64,000 nt of DNA, taken from NCBI GenBank assembly GCA_963837425.1, contig CAWINH010000002.1, positions 129,500-193,499 on the forward strand, given 5' to 3'. The translations under genes and the position numbers were made by a program. The notes beneath the pieces are model-generated. The model did no database searches and was not told where the DNA came from. It was given only the letters and a program-made list of their open reading frames with translations. The DNA comes from an uncultured Chloroflexia bacterium (GTDB taxonomy: Bacteria; Chloroflexota; Limnocylindria; QHBO01). Below, piece by piece: positions 30,597-39,727 of the stretch (its first letter is position 1; every line of letters starts with the position of its first letter).

Positions 30597-32150
30597 ATGC
30601 GCAGCGCCCAACGCACCCGACGGCTTCCCGGCCCGGTCTCGATGTGGGGCCTCGAGGTTGGGCTGCGGGCGATCAGCCGCCGATACGGCGCCCTCCAGTG
30701 GTTCCTCGAGGTCATGCCGCCGGGTCCCGCGGATCGCTTTTCGGCGGCACGCGCCCTCCGCGCGGCGCGCAACGCGGCGCGCGACGTGCCCGCCTATCGG
30801 GACTTCCTGCGCGGGGCCGGCGTCGACCCTGACCGGATCCGCTCCCTGGCGGAGCTCCCCGAAACGGACAAGACGGCGTACATCGACCGTTACCCGCTCG
30901 CCGAGCGCTGCGTGGGCGGGCGACTCCCCCTGCTCGGCACGACGATCGACGAGAGCTCCGGCTCGACCGGGACGCCCTACAACTGGGCGCGCAGCGCGGA
31001 GGAGCGGCGCCACGTGCGACGGATGGTCGCCTTCTTCGCCCGCTACACGTTCGGCGACGCGCCGCTCGTCGTCCTCAACACGTTCTCGATGGGCGCCTGG
31101 GCGACCGGCATGACGACCGCCGCCGCGCTCGAGCAGCGCGGCCTGGTGAAGGCCACCGGGCCGGACATCGACAAGGTGCTGAGCACCATGACCGAGCTGG
31201 GGCCCGGCTATCGCTACCTGCTCGTGGGCTACCCGCCCTTCCTCAAGGTGATCGTGGACGAGGCCGAGAGGCGGGGGATGGACTGGTCCGCGTACCACGT
31301 CGACGCCCTGCTCGGTGGCGAGGGCAACTCGGAGGCGCTGCGGGACTACCTGCTGCGGCGGTTCGCATCGGTCTATTCCGGTTATGGCGTGACCGATGTC
31401 GAGATTGGCCTGGCCGCCGAGACGCCGATCTCCATCGCCCTCCGACGGCTGGCTCGCGAGCGTCCGGACGTTGCCGAGGCGCTCTTCGGTGAGGCGGATC
31501 GGAGCCCGATGGTGTTCCAGTTCAACCCGTTCTTCCACCACATCGAGGTGAACGAGCGCCGCGAGCTGCTCTTCACCGTGGCCCGCCACGCGACCCTCTC
31601 GCCGAAGATCCGCTACAACCCGCACGACGAGGGTGGCGTCCTGCGCGACGACGAGCTGCGGGAGCGGCTCGAGTCGGTGGGCGTCCGGCTGGAGGACGTG
31701 AACCCGCCCGGCGCGCGGCGCCTGATCCGGATGCCGTACCTCTACGTCTTCGGGCGGAAGGATTCGACCGTCTCGGTCATGGGCGCCAACATCTACCCCG
31801 AGGACATCGACGCCGCGATCTACGGCGAGCCGGAGGTCGCGCAGCGGATCCTCAGCTACCAGCTCTCGGTCGTCGAGGCGCAGCCCGGCGAGACGCGGCC
31901 GCACGTCGCCATCCAGCTGCTCCGCGACGATCCCGACGACGCGTTCCGCGACCGGCTGGCGACGCTGCTGACGGAGAGCCTGCGGACGATGAACCGCGAC
32001 TATCGCGAGGCGATTGGCGAGTACCCCGCCCTCCTGCCGTTCATCGTTGAGCTGCACCGGCGCGGCGAGGGGCCGTTCGCCGGCAGCGAGAAGCGGATCA
32101 AGTTCCGATACATCGCCGCCGAGCCCGCCAGGCCAACGGATCGGCCCTGA
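30597..32150 (+). CDS. Adenylate-forming enzyme, phenylacetate-CoA ligase / F390-synthetase-like.
   Basis: AMP-binding motif SSGSTGTP. About 517 aa. The long antisense ORF 30390..32246 is a GC artefact. Confidence 0.8.
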   Translation: MRSAQRTRRLPGPVSMWGLEVGLRAISRRYGALQWFLEVMPPGPADRFSAARALRAARNAARDVPAYRDFLRGAGVDPDRIRSLAELPETDKTAYIDRYPLAERCVGGRLPLLGTTIDESSGSTGTPYNWARSAEERRHVRRMVAFFARYTFGDAPLVVLNTFSMGAWATGMTTAAALEQRGLVKATGPDIDKVLSTMTELGPGYRYLLVGYPPFLKVIVDEAERRGMDWSAYHVDALLGGEGNSEALRDYLLRRFASVYSGYGVTDVEIGLAAETPISIALRRLARERPDVAEALFGEADRSPMVFQFNPFFHHIEVNERRELLFTVARHATLSPKIRYNPHDEGGVLRDDELRERLESVGVRLEDVNPPGARRLIRMPYLYVFGRKDSTVSVMGANIYPEDIDAAIYGEPEVAQRILSYQLSVVEAQPGETRPHVAIQLLRDDPDDAFRDRLATLLTESLRTMNRDYREAIGEYPALLPFIVELHRRGEGPFAGSEKRIKFRYIAAEPARPTDRP

Positions 32151-32175
32151 CTTCGGCCGTGACTTCGGCCCTGGC

Positions 32176-32312
32176 GCGTGCGCCGGGCGCACGCATCGGC
32201 GATCGGGAGGGCTCCGAACTGCCCAGGTGACGCCCCCGGTGCACATTCAGGCCTTTCCTGGGCCGTTTCCGAGGCTTCGGTGTCCGATGTGCACGCCTCG
32301 CGCACATCGGGC
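32176..32312. repeat. MITE-like element family A.
   Basis: gcgtgcgccgggcgcacgcatcgg ... ttcggtgtccgatgtgcacgcctcgcgcacatcgg. Confidence 0.7.
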
Positions 32313-32323
32313 ATGCTGATGGC

Positions 32324-32890
32324 ATGGGCAACGTTCTCTGGCACATCACGATGTCGCTCGACGGGTTCATTGCCGGCCGCGACGACGCGATGGACTGGAT
32401 CTTCAAGTATCCCGGTCCGAACCCGGACGTCGACAACGTGCTCGCCAATCTCGGCGCGATCCTCGCCGGACGGCGCAGCTACGAGGTCGGCCGCAAGCCC
32501 GGTCAGTCGCCGGCGGCGAGCCGTCCGTACGGCGGCGCGTGGGACGGACCGGTCTTCGTCCTCACCCATGAGATCCCGGATGAGCCGGATCCCAGTGTCC
32601 AGTTCCTGACCGGCGACATCCGCTCGGCGGTCGCGACCGCGCAGGAGGCGGCAGGCGACCGAACGGTCGTGCTGTTCGGGGCGACCGTGGCCCGCAACTG
32701 CCTCGAGGCGGGGCTCGTGGACGAGGTCCTCGTCCACGTGGCGCCGGTGCTGCTGGGGGCCGGCGTCCGCCTGTTCGAGGCGGAGCTTGCGGCCCCGATC
32801 GAGCTGCAGGCCGCCGGGGTGCTGCGTGTCGGGCAGCTCACGAACCTGCGCTTCCGGGTCAAGCGCCCGACCGCGCCACCCTCAGGCTGA
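32324..32890 (+). CDS. Dihydrofolate-reductase-like (RibD C-terminal domain) protein.
   Basis: MGNVLWHITMSLDGFIAG...VLVHVAPVLLGAGVRLF. Confidence 0.8.
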   Translation: MGNVLWHITMSLDGFIAGRDDAMDWIFKYPGPNPDVDNVLANLGAILAGRRSYEVGRKPGQSPAASRPYGGAWDGPVFVLTHEIPDEPDPSVQFLTGDIRSAVATAQEAAGDRTVVLFGATVARNCLEAGLVDEVLVHVAPVLLGAGVRLFEAELAAPIELQAAGVLRVGQLTNLRFRVKRPTAPPSG

Positions 32891-33671
32891 CGACCTCGGT
32901 CGCCTCCGACTTCCCCTTCAGCTCGAGCGCGCGCCGCTCGAGGGTGGGCTCCAGGCCGGCGGCCTCCGCGGCCGCGACCGAGACGATCACCTCCCCGGCC
33001 TCCGCCGCCGAGGCGAGCCGGGCGGTGGTGTTCACGATGTCGCCGACCGCGGTGATCTCGACGTGGTCGGCGTCGCCGATGGCACCCACCCATGCCCTTC
33101 CGTGATGAACCCCGGCACCCACCGGCACCCACGGCCCGCCGGCATCGGCGTGGCCGGTGGCTCGCAGCACCTCCTGGGCGGCGCGGATGGCCCGGGCCGA
33201 GTACCGCTCGCCGGCGATCAGCGGGAAGAAGCTGGCGACGAGCTCGTCGCCCACGAACTTGTCGACGAGGCCGTCCTGCTCGAAGACGACGGCCGAGGCC
33301 GCGGCGTAGAAGCGGTTGAGGAGGACGTGGAACTCGCCGGGCGCCATCCCCTCCGCGAGGGTCGTCGAGCCCCGGATATCGGCGAACAGGAAGGTCGCTT
33401 CGATCTCCGCCCCGCCCCGGTGCTTGATCATGAAGTCGGAGCACGTCGTGCACATGTGCGGATTCGCGTTCGACTGCCGCTTGCCGATGAGACGCATGAG
33501 CGGAGCGCCGGCCCCGTGGAACGGCGCCGCACACAGCCGGCACCGTGGCCCGGCCGGGATGTGACGGAGGACGTTCCTGATCCGCTTTTCCTGCTCGTAG
33601 CCGTGCGTCAGGAATTCCCGCCAGAACGCTTCGCTGGCCTCTCCGGCGACCGGTGGTCGGTCATGGGTCAT
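32859..33671 (-). CDS. Class III adenylate/guanylate cyclase with an N-terminal Cys-rich region.
   Basis: ATFLFADIRGSTTLAE...KFVGDELVASF. N-terminal CRLC...CTTC motif. Confidence 0.8.
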   Translation of the reverse strand: MTHDRPPVAGEASEAFWREFLTHGYEQEKRIRNVLRHIPAGPRCRLCAAPFHGAGAPLMRLIGKRQSNANPHMCTTCSDFMIKHRGGAEIEATFLFADIRGSTTLAEGMAPGEFHVLLNRFYAAASAVVFEQDGLVDKFVGDELVASFFPLIAGERYSARAIRAAQEVLRATGHADAGGPWVPVGAGVHHGRAWVGAIGDADHVEITAVGDIVNTTARLASAAEAGEVIVSVAAAEAAGLEPTLERRALELKGKSEATEVVSLRVARSGA

Positions 33672-34336
33672 GCGCCCATTGTCCCAGCGCGGAGAAAGCC
33701 CCGGACACGACGAAGGGACCTGGAGGGTTCCTCACGCGGAACCACAGATCCCAGTCGGGTCGCCCATCGGGTCTGGGGCCGAAGCCCCGGATCAAACGAA
33801 CGCCCCTCAGTCGTCGCGTCCGGCCTGCGGTCCGATGCGACGGGGCTCACGCTAAGCAACGACGAGCTCGCCGGATAGGTGCCTGCCAGACTGGCTTCAG
33901 CGACCCCTCGTTTGCAGGGCCGCCCGGCGGTTGCCACGCCGCCGAACCGAAACCGTGGGCCAGCCCGATCGGTGGGGACGCCACCGTGGGTGACGTCTGC
34001 CGGTCCCGACCGTTGCCTCCACCTCGCTGACCCTTCTCTCCGTAACGATCCCGGCCGGACTGCCGGGTGGGCTTTTGACCCTCCCGCGCCCCACCGGGGG
34101 AGACAGTGTGCCAACGACGCTTTGGGACGGGAGCTTATCCCCGCCTCCCACGCAACCAGCGCCCGGCGAAGGCTCAAAGGGCGGGCGACGATGTCGCGCG
34201 GCCCTCGAAACCTCCCCTGTTGCCCGGCCCCTCCTGCAACCAAAGTCCGGTGAGAACGAGCAACGTCGAGTGTAGGTCGCGGCCGGCTCGCGGGTCAATG
34301 AAATTTCGCAAATGAGGTGCCATATCATCGGGGAAG

Positions 34337-35743
34337 ATGGCTGACCGCCTCCGTCACTCGGCCGCCGTGGCCTCACTCCTCTCGTTCGTCCTGCCCGGGC
34401 TGGGGCAGGTCGCCTCCGGCGCGGTGCGCCGCGGGCTGCTGCTCGCCATCCCGGCGGTCGTGCTCGTCGTCGCCGCGGCCGCGCTGTGGATCTTCGACCG
34501 TCACCTGTACGTCGAGATCGGGCTCACGCCGAGCCTGCTCATTGGGCTCGTGGTGCTCAGCCTCGCCATCTTCGCGTACCGGACATGGGCGATCGTCGAC
34601 GCCTACCTCGTCAGCCGTCGCCGGGCGGGTGGGAGCCGGTCATGGGCGCGCCGGATCGCATCGGTCTCGGTGCTCGTGGCGCTGCTGGCGGTGACGACCT
34701 ACACCCACGGCTGGGTCGCCTACCTGGGCCTGAGCGCGAACGCCACGCTGACCGCGGTCTTTTCCCCGTCCGGGCCGATCGGGGCCGACGTGGCTACCGC
34801 CAGCCCAACGCCGAGCCAGCTCCCGCCCAGAGCGACGCCAGAGCCGACGCCGATTCCAACTCCGAGCCCCACCCCGGTCCCCGACTGGGCCGCCGATGGC
34901 CGGCTCAACGTGCTGCTCATCGGGTCCGACGCAGGGCCCGGGCGCTGGAGCATGCGCGCCGACGCGATCATCCTCGTCTCGGTCGACATCGGGACCGGCC
35001 GGGTCGCGGCCTTCTCGGTGCCGCGCTACACGCGCGGGGTGCCGTTGCCGGAGCCGGCGGCATCGGCCTTTGCCTGCGGCTGCCTGATGGACGATTACTT
35101 CAACGCGCTCTACGTGTACGCCAACCAGCACCCCGACCTCTTCCCCGGCGACGATGCCACCCGCGGGCTGACGGCGCTCTCCGGGGCTGCCGAAGCGTTC
35201 TTCGGCGTTCACCTCGACGGGATGGTGGTGGCCGACCTGAACGGCTTCGTGAAGCTCGTGGACGCGATCGGCGGGATCGACATCAATGCCCCGACCTCGG
35301 TGTACGACGCGAACTACCCGAACCCGACCGGGGGCGACGTCGAGATCTACTTCAAGGCCGGCCCGCAGCACCTCGACGGCTGGCACGCCCTCGCGTACGC
35401 GAGGACCCGCCACCAGGACGGCGACGTGGGACGCATGGGACGCCAGCAGCTCGTGGTGGCGGCGCTGCGGCAGAAGGTCTCGTGCGACCTGCTCGGCAAG
35501 CTGCCGGCGTTGCTCGCCGCCGCCCGCGACTCGCTGTGGACGAACCTGCCGCTCGGCGACGTCCCCGACATGCTCCGCCTGGACCTGGGGCCGGTCGAGA
35601 GCCACGTCGAGTTCGACACGTACAACGTCACGCTCAACCCCGCCATGGTGCAGCGGGTGCAGGCCGACGTGGCCGGCGCCTTCGACGGGGCTCCCCCCGC
35701 CCGCCCGTCCTCCGCACCGGGCTCGTCAACGTCCGGCTGCTAG
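34337..35743 (+). CDS. LytR-CpsA-Psr (LCP) family cell-envelope phosphotransferase.
   Basis: N-terminal TM helix, then LNVLLIGSDAGPGRWSMRADAIILVSVD... LCP core. Confidence 0.8.
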   Translation: MADRLRHSAAVASLLSFVLPGLGQVASGAVRRGLLLAIPAVVLVVAAAALWIFDRHLYVEIGLTPSLLIGLVVLSLAIFAYRTWAIVDAYLVSRRRAGGSRSWARRIASVSVLVALLAVTTYTHGWVAYLGLSANATLTAVFSPSGPIGADVATASPTPSQLPPRATPEPTPIPTPSPTPVPDWAADGRLNVLLIGSDAGPGRWSMRADAIILVSVDIGTGRVAAFSVPRYTRGVPLPEPAASAFACGCLMDDYFNALYVYANQHPDLFPGDDATRGLTALSGAAEAFFGVHLDGMVVADLNGFVKLVDAIGGIDINAPTSVYDANYPNPTGGDVEIYFKAGPQHLDGWHALAYARTRHQDGDVGRMGRQQLVVAALRQKVSCDLLGKLPALLAAARDSLWTNLPLGDVPDMLRLDLGPVESHVEFDTYNVTLNPAMVQRVQADVAGAFDGAPPARPSSAPGSSTSGC

Positions 35744-35893
35744 GGCCTGCCCGCCCGACGCGGAGTCCATCGAGCGTGGGTGGCCGCGTCCGCCGCGTGA
35801 CGTTCGCGCAAGAGGGCCGGGCGGCCCTGTTCGCCCGGCGCAAAGGCGGCTAGGGTTGTCGGGGTTGACAGCTTTCGGTCCTGGAGGGACGGC

Positions 35894-37066
35894 ATGACTC
35901 GCATCCTGCGGCGTGTGGTCGTGGTGGCCGGCGCCCTGATCCTTCTGCTCTTCGCGGCATCCCTGGCGCTTGGCGACGACTCGTTCCTGGCCGGCAAGAT
36001 CCGCACCGGACAGAGCGTCACGGTGCCCGCCGGCGAGACGGTCTCCGGTGACCTCTACCTGTTCGCGGGGACCGTGATCATGGACGGCACGGTGGACGGC
36101 GACCTCACCGCCTTTGGCGGGACGATCCAGGTCGATGGCAACGTCACCGGGGACGTGCTGGCCGCCGGCGGTACCGTGTCGATTGCCGGGACGGTGGGAG
36201 GGGACGTGCGAATCGCAGGCGGCACCCTCACGGTCAGCGGGCCGGTCAACGAGGACGTGGTGCTGGGCGGTGGGCAGGTGACGCTGTCCGCCGGAGCGAG
36301 CGTTGGCGGCGATCTCCTCTTCAGTGCCGGGACGGCGTCCGTGGCGGGGCCCATCAGCGGCAACATCGAGGGGCGCGCGGGCACATACAGCCGCAGCGGC
36401 TCGCTGGGGGGCATCGAGAACGTCGTGGAGTCGCCGAGCTCCGGCGCGCCGGCCGAGCCAACCGTGGGCGACCGCGTGCTGGACGCCGTGCGCCAGTTCG
36501 TGGTGCTCCTGCTGTTCGGGGCGCTGGCCGTGTGGCTTACCCCGCGCGCCCTGCGGGCGGCGGACGGTGAGCTTCGCCGGCGCCCGTTCATCGCGCTGGG
36601 CGGCGGCCTCGCCACCCTGGTCGGCTACATCGTGTTCGTGATCGTCCTGGTGCTGCTGATGGTGCTGCTCGGGATCGGCTTCGGCCTCCTGCGGCTCGGC
36701 GCCCTGGTGGGCATCGAGCTGGTGGCGGGCCTGCTCGGCTTGGGGATTGGCACGTTCCTGTTCGTACTGGGCGTCGTCTTCGCCGCCGACCTGGTGGTGG
36801 GCATGACCGTGGGGCGCCTGGTCGCGCCACCCACCGTCGAGAACCGATGGCAGGAGCTGGGCCTGCTGGTCCTGGGCGTGGCGGTGGTGGTGATCCTGAC
36901 CTCCCTCCCCATCGTAGGCGGCTGGTTCAAGCTCGGAATCGTGCTCTTTGGCCTTGGCGCCCTGGCCGTCGCGGCGTTCGAGGCGTGGCGAGCGCGCCGC
37001 GCGGTGCGAACGCCGCCACCGGTTGCGACGCCCCAGGCGCCGACGCCATCCGAGCCAGCGACCTGA
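35894..37066 (+). CDS. Polymer-forming, bactofilin-like repeat membrane protein.
   Basis: Signal/TM, then repeated GDVxxAGGTVxIxGxVxGDV beta-helix repeats, then a C-terminal domain of 5 TM helices. Confidence 0.65.
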   Translation: MTRILRRVVVVAGALILLLFAASLALGDDSFLAGKIRTGQSVTVPAGETVSGDLYLFAGTVIMDGTVDGDLTAFGGTIQVDGNVTGDVLAAGGTVSIAGTVGGDVRIAGGTLTVSGPVNEDVVLGGGQVTLSAGASVGGDLLFSAGTASVAGPISGNIEGRAGTYSRSGSLGGIENVVESPSSGAPAEPTVGDRVLDAVRQFVVLLLFGALAVWLTPRALRAADGELRRRPFIALGGGLATLVGYIVFVIVLVLLMVLLGIGFGLLRLGALVGIELVAGLLGLGIGTFLFVLGVVFAADLVVGMTVGRLVAPPTVENRWQELGLLVLGVAVVVILTSLPIVGGWFKLGIVLFGLGALAVAAFEAWRARRAVRTPPPVATPQAPTPSEPAT

Positions 37067-37070
37067 GCCC

Positions 37071-37442
37071 CTACCCGCGCGGGGGGATCTGCTGCACGGA
37101 CCAGGTGTTGCCGTCGGGGTCCGCGAAGTGAATGAAGGATCCCCACGGCTGCACCTCGACCTCAGTCGCGGTGACGCCGCGACCGACGAGTTCCGCGCGC
37201 GTGGCCGCGACGTCCTCCACGACCACCTGGAGCTCCTTCTGCGACCCCGGCGTCATGGCCGTAACGCCGGTGCCGATGACGATGGAACACGCAGACCCCG
37301 GCGGGGTGAGCTGCACGAACCGAAGGTCAGGGTTGACCTGTATATCGACATCGGCGTTGAATCCGACCTGCTCGACGTAGAATGCCTTCGCACGATCGAC
37401 GTCGGTGACCGGGACCGGGACGAGCTCGAGCTTCATCTGCAC
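37071..37442 (-). CDS. VOC-family (glyoxalase-like) protein.
   Basis: VTDVDRAKAFYVEQVGF...FADPDGNTWSV. Confidence 0.75.
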   Translation of the reverse strand: MQMKLELVPVPVTDVDRAKAFYVEQVGFNADVDIQVNPDLRFVQLTPPGSACSIVIGTGVTAMTPGSQKELQVVVEDVAATRAELVGRGVTATEVEVQPWGSFIHFADPDGNTWSVQQIPPRG

Positions 37443-37480
37443 GGGCGAACCTCCTTTGCGACCGATGCTATGGGTGATTC

Positions 37481-38413
37481 ATGCCAAAAAGTGTCATGAT
37501 CGTGCGCCGCCCAGCCGCGGTGCTGGCCGGGCTGTGCCTCCTCCTGGCCGGGTGCAGCGCGAGCGCGTCGAATAGCCCCAGCGCGGCGCCATCGGTCTCA
37601 GAAGCAGCGGCCGCGTCGGCGACCGCCAGCCCGACGGCGGCACCCGCCGCCAGCCAGACGGCCGAGCCGACTCTGCCGCCAACGCCGAACGCGACCACGA
37701 CGCCACCGCCCACGCTGGCACGGCTGAGCCTCGCGACCGTCACGGTCGATGCGCTGAACGTGCGGGTGGCGGCGTCGAGCACTGCGGCGCTCGTGACCGG
37801 CGCCGGACCGCTGTCGAAGGGCGACGAGGTGTTGGTGCTGGCGGGTCCAACGCAGGCGGGGGCCTACGCGTGGTACGAGGTTGGTGTCCCGATGGACCCG
37901 ACCCGCTACTCGGCGTCACAGCCGGTGGGCTGGGTAGCGGACGGGACTTCCGCGCAGCCGTGGCTCATCCCGGACACGAGCTCATGCCCGCAGCCGAGCG
38001 TCGCCTCCATCAGTGCGCTGAGCTTCATTGCGCGGTTGGGCTGCTATCACGATCGGTCGCTCTCGTTCAGCGCGCACCAGGCCGCGCTCGCTCCGGACGC
38101 CGGCCTGGGGGGTGTGTGTGGGGCTCAGCCGCCACTCCCCGAATGGCTCGCGTGCGACAACGTCAACTACAACTGGGTGAACGGCGACGGTGGGACGGCC
38201 TGGCTTCTCCTGCTCCATTTCGATCCGGCCACGGGGGTGACCGCGACCGGTTTGGCTCCGGCGGGCACGACCGGCCCGGCGCTGATGGTGGCCGGCCATT
38301 TCGAGGATCCCGCATCGAACGCGTGCGTCACGGCCAGCGACCCGCAGAGCGTCGACGGGCTCAGCGAGTGGCTGACCTGCGCGGTCGACTTCGTGGTCGA
38401 GTCGGTGACCTAG
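37481..38413 (+). CDS. Secreted lipoprotein of unknown function.
   Basis: LLLAGCSAS lipobox, Ala/Thr/Pro-rich linker, Cys-containing C-terminal domain. Confidence 0.55.
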   Translation: MPKSVMIVRRPAAVLAGLCLLLAGCSASASNSPSAAPSVSEAAAASATASPTAAPAASQTAEPTLPPTPNATTTPPPTLARLSLATVTVDALNVRVAASSTAALVTGAGPLSKGDEVLVLAGPTQAGAYAWYEVGVPMDPTRYSASQPVGWVADGTSAQPWLIPDTSSCPQPSVASISALSFIARLGCYHDRSLSFSAHQAALAPDAGLGGVCGAQPPLPEWLACDNVNYNWVNGDGGTAWLLLLHFDPATGVTATGLAPAGTTGPALMVAGHFEDPASNACVTASDPQSVDGLSEWLTCAVDFVVESVT

Positions 38414-38428
38414 GGGTAAGCTCGTCGC

Positions 38429-38695
38429 ATGCCGCCCTCGCCTGACACCGACCCAGGGGCCCGATCCACGACGCCGCTCCCGTCACGCTCCTCGGGTGGG
38501 CAGGCGATCGCCGGCCTGTTCGCGACCCTTGACCACTTCCTGCTGAACCGGCCGCGCCCGGTCGCCGCCATCGAGGACGAGTACCGGGAGCCGTGGGCGA
38601 GCGCGGATGGTCTGTCGGTGGAGGGCCTCGAGGGGCCGATGGAGGAGCCGAACGAGCGTCCGGAGCGCCCGGACCGTTCTCGCGCGCGCCTGTAG
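38429..38695 (+). CDS. Hypothetical small protein.
   Basis: 88-aa ORF. Weak support. Confidence 0.3.
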   Translation: MPPSPDTDPGARSTTPLPSRSSGGQAIAGLFATLDHFLLNRPRPVAAIEDEYREPWASADGLSVEGLEGPMEEPNERPERPDRSRARL

Positions 38696-38737
38696 GCGCA
38701 GGACTACCTGGCATCACTGCTCGATCCAGGATCCAAG

Positions 38738-38965
38738 TCCCGCTGAGCGGGACGTTTCGCGCAGGAAGAGGCGCTCAGGCGCCGTTTGTCCCGCTCACCG
38801 GGACGTTTCGCGCAGGAGGGCGCTCAGGCGCCGTTTGTCCCGCTCACCGGGACGTTTCGCGCAGGAAGAGGCGCTCAGGCGTAGTTTGTCCCGCTCACCG
38901 GGACGTTTCGCGCGGGAGGCGAGCCTCAGGCGCCGTTTGTCCCGCTGGGTGGTGCGTCCCACAGG
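38738..38965. repeat. Tandem array of four palindromic units of about 51 bp (REP-like).
   Basis: The unit gggacgtttcgcgcaggaagaggcgctcaggcgccgtttgtcccgctcacc is present four times. Junction hairpins are gtcccgctcaccgggac. The units are conserved with no variable spacers. Confidence 0.8.
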
Positions 38966-39034
38966 CGCGGGATGCCAGGCGCGGGAGCCAGCGCCCAGGC
39001 CTGCTTGACGTCCGCCTTATCACGATATATCGTG

Positions 39035-39727
39035 ATGCACCGCAACCCGACGCACGGAGACGCCAACCAGATGTCGACCATTCGTGGCCGTGAGAGGAGC
39101 GATCGCGGCGAGCGACGATCCCACCACCGCCACCTTCACCGCGAGGACCTGCGCGCGTCGCTTCGCGACGTGTTCGGTCCGCTCCGCGAGGGATACGCGG
39201 CGGTCAAGCGGGGCAAGGTCCGCCCGCTGATCCTCGCCGTCCTCCACTCGACGCCCATGCACGGCTACCAGATCATGCGGGTCCTCGAGGCTCGCACCGG
39301 CGGCCGCTGGCGGCCGAGCGCGGGGACGATCTACCCCACCCTCCAGCAGCTCGAGGACGAGGGGCTGGTCCACGCCGAGGTGGTCGATGGCCGCAAGGTG
39401 TATAACCTCACCGATGCCGGGCGGGAGGCCGCCGAGGCATCGCCCCTGACGCGCCATCCCTGGTTCGCCAAGGAGGAGGGCGGTCCCTCGATCGACCTCA
39501 AGCGGCTCGCCGTCCAGGTCATCGGCGCGGCGATCCAGGTGAAGCGCGTCGGCTCTGCCGAGGCGCAGTCCGAAGCGCAACGGATCCTGGTCGAGAGCAG
39601 GCGGCGCCTGTATCGGCTCCTTGCGGATGACGAATCGACCGATGCGCCTGCGGGCGCGGATCTCGAAGAAGAAATGCGTTCGGCCGGCGAATCCGGGTCG
39701 GACGCGACAGAGGAATCGAATTCATGA
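39035..39727 (+). CDS. PadR-family transcriptional regulator.
   Basis: LILAVLHSTPMHGYQIMRVLEARTGGRWRPSAGTIYPTLQQLEDEGLV is the PadR winged HTH. An 18-bp perfect palindrome atcacgatatatcgtgat overlaps the start codon. Confidence 0.75.
   Translation: MHRNPTHGDANQMSTIRGRERSDRGERRSHHRHLHREDLRASLRDVFGPLREGYAAVKRGKVRPLILAVLHSTPMHGYQIMRVLEARTGGRWRPSAGTIYPTLQQLEDEGLVHAEVVDGRKVYNLTDAGREAAEASPLTRHPWFAKEEGGPSIDLKRLAVQVIGAAIQVKRVGSAEAQSEAQRILVESRRRLYRLLADDESTDAPAGADLEEEMRSAGESGSDATEESNS

Noticed and set aside
33672-34336. RNase P RNA or tmRNA in the gene-free interval.
   Set aside because: A partial aaagtccgg match exists, but the other universal RNase P motifs (GGGTGAAA-type, ACAGAACCCGGCTTA-type) and the tmRNA tag ORF and tRNA-like 3-prime end are absent on both strands.
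38738-38965. Possible CRISPR array, given regular repeats of about 51 bp. The same applies to 61262-61440.
   Set aside because: Whole units are conserved with no unique spacers, there are no cas genes, and the units form palindromic REP-like hairpins. This is a tandem repeat, not CRISPR.
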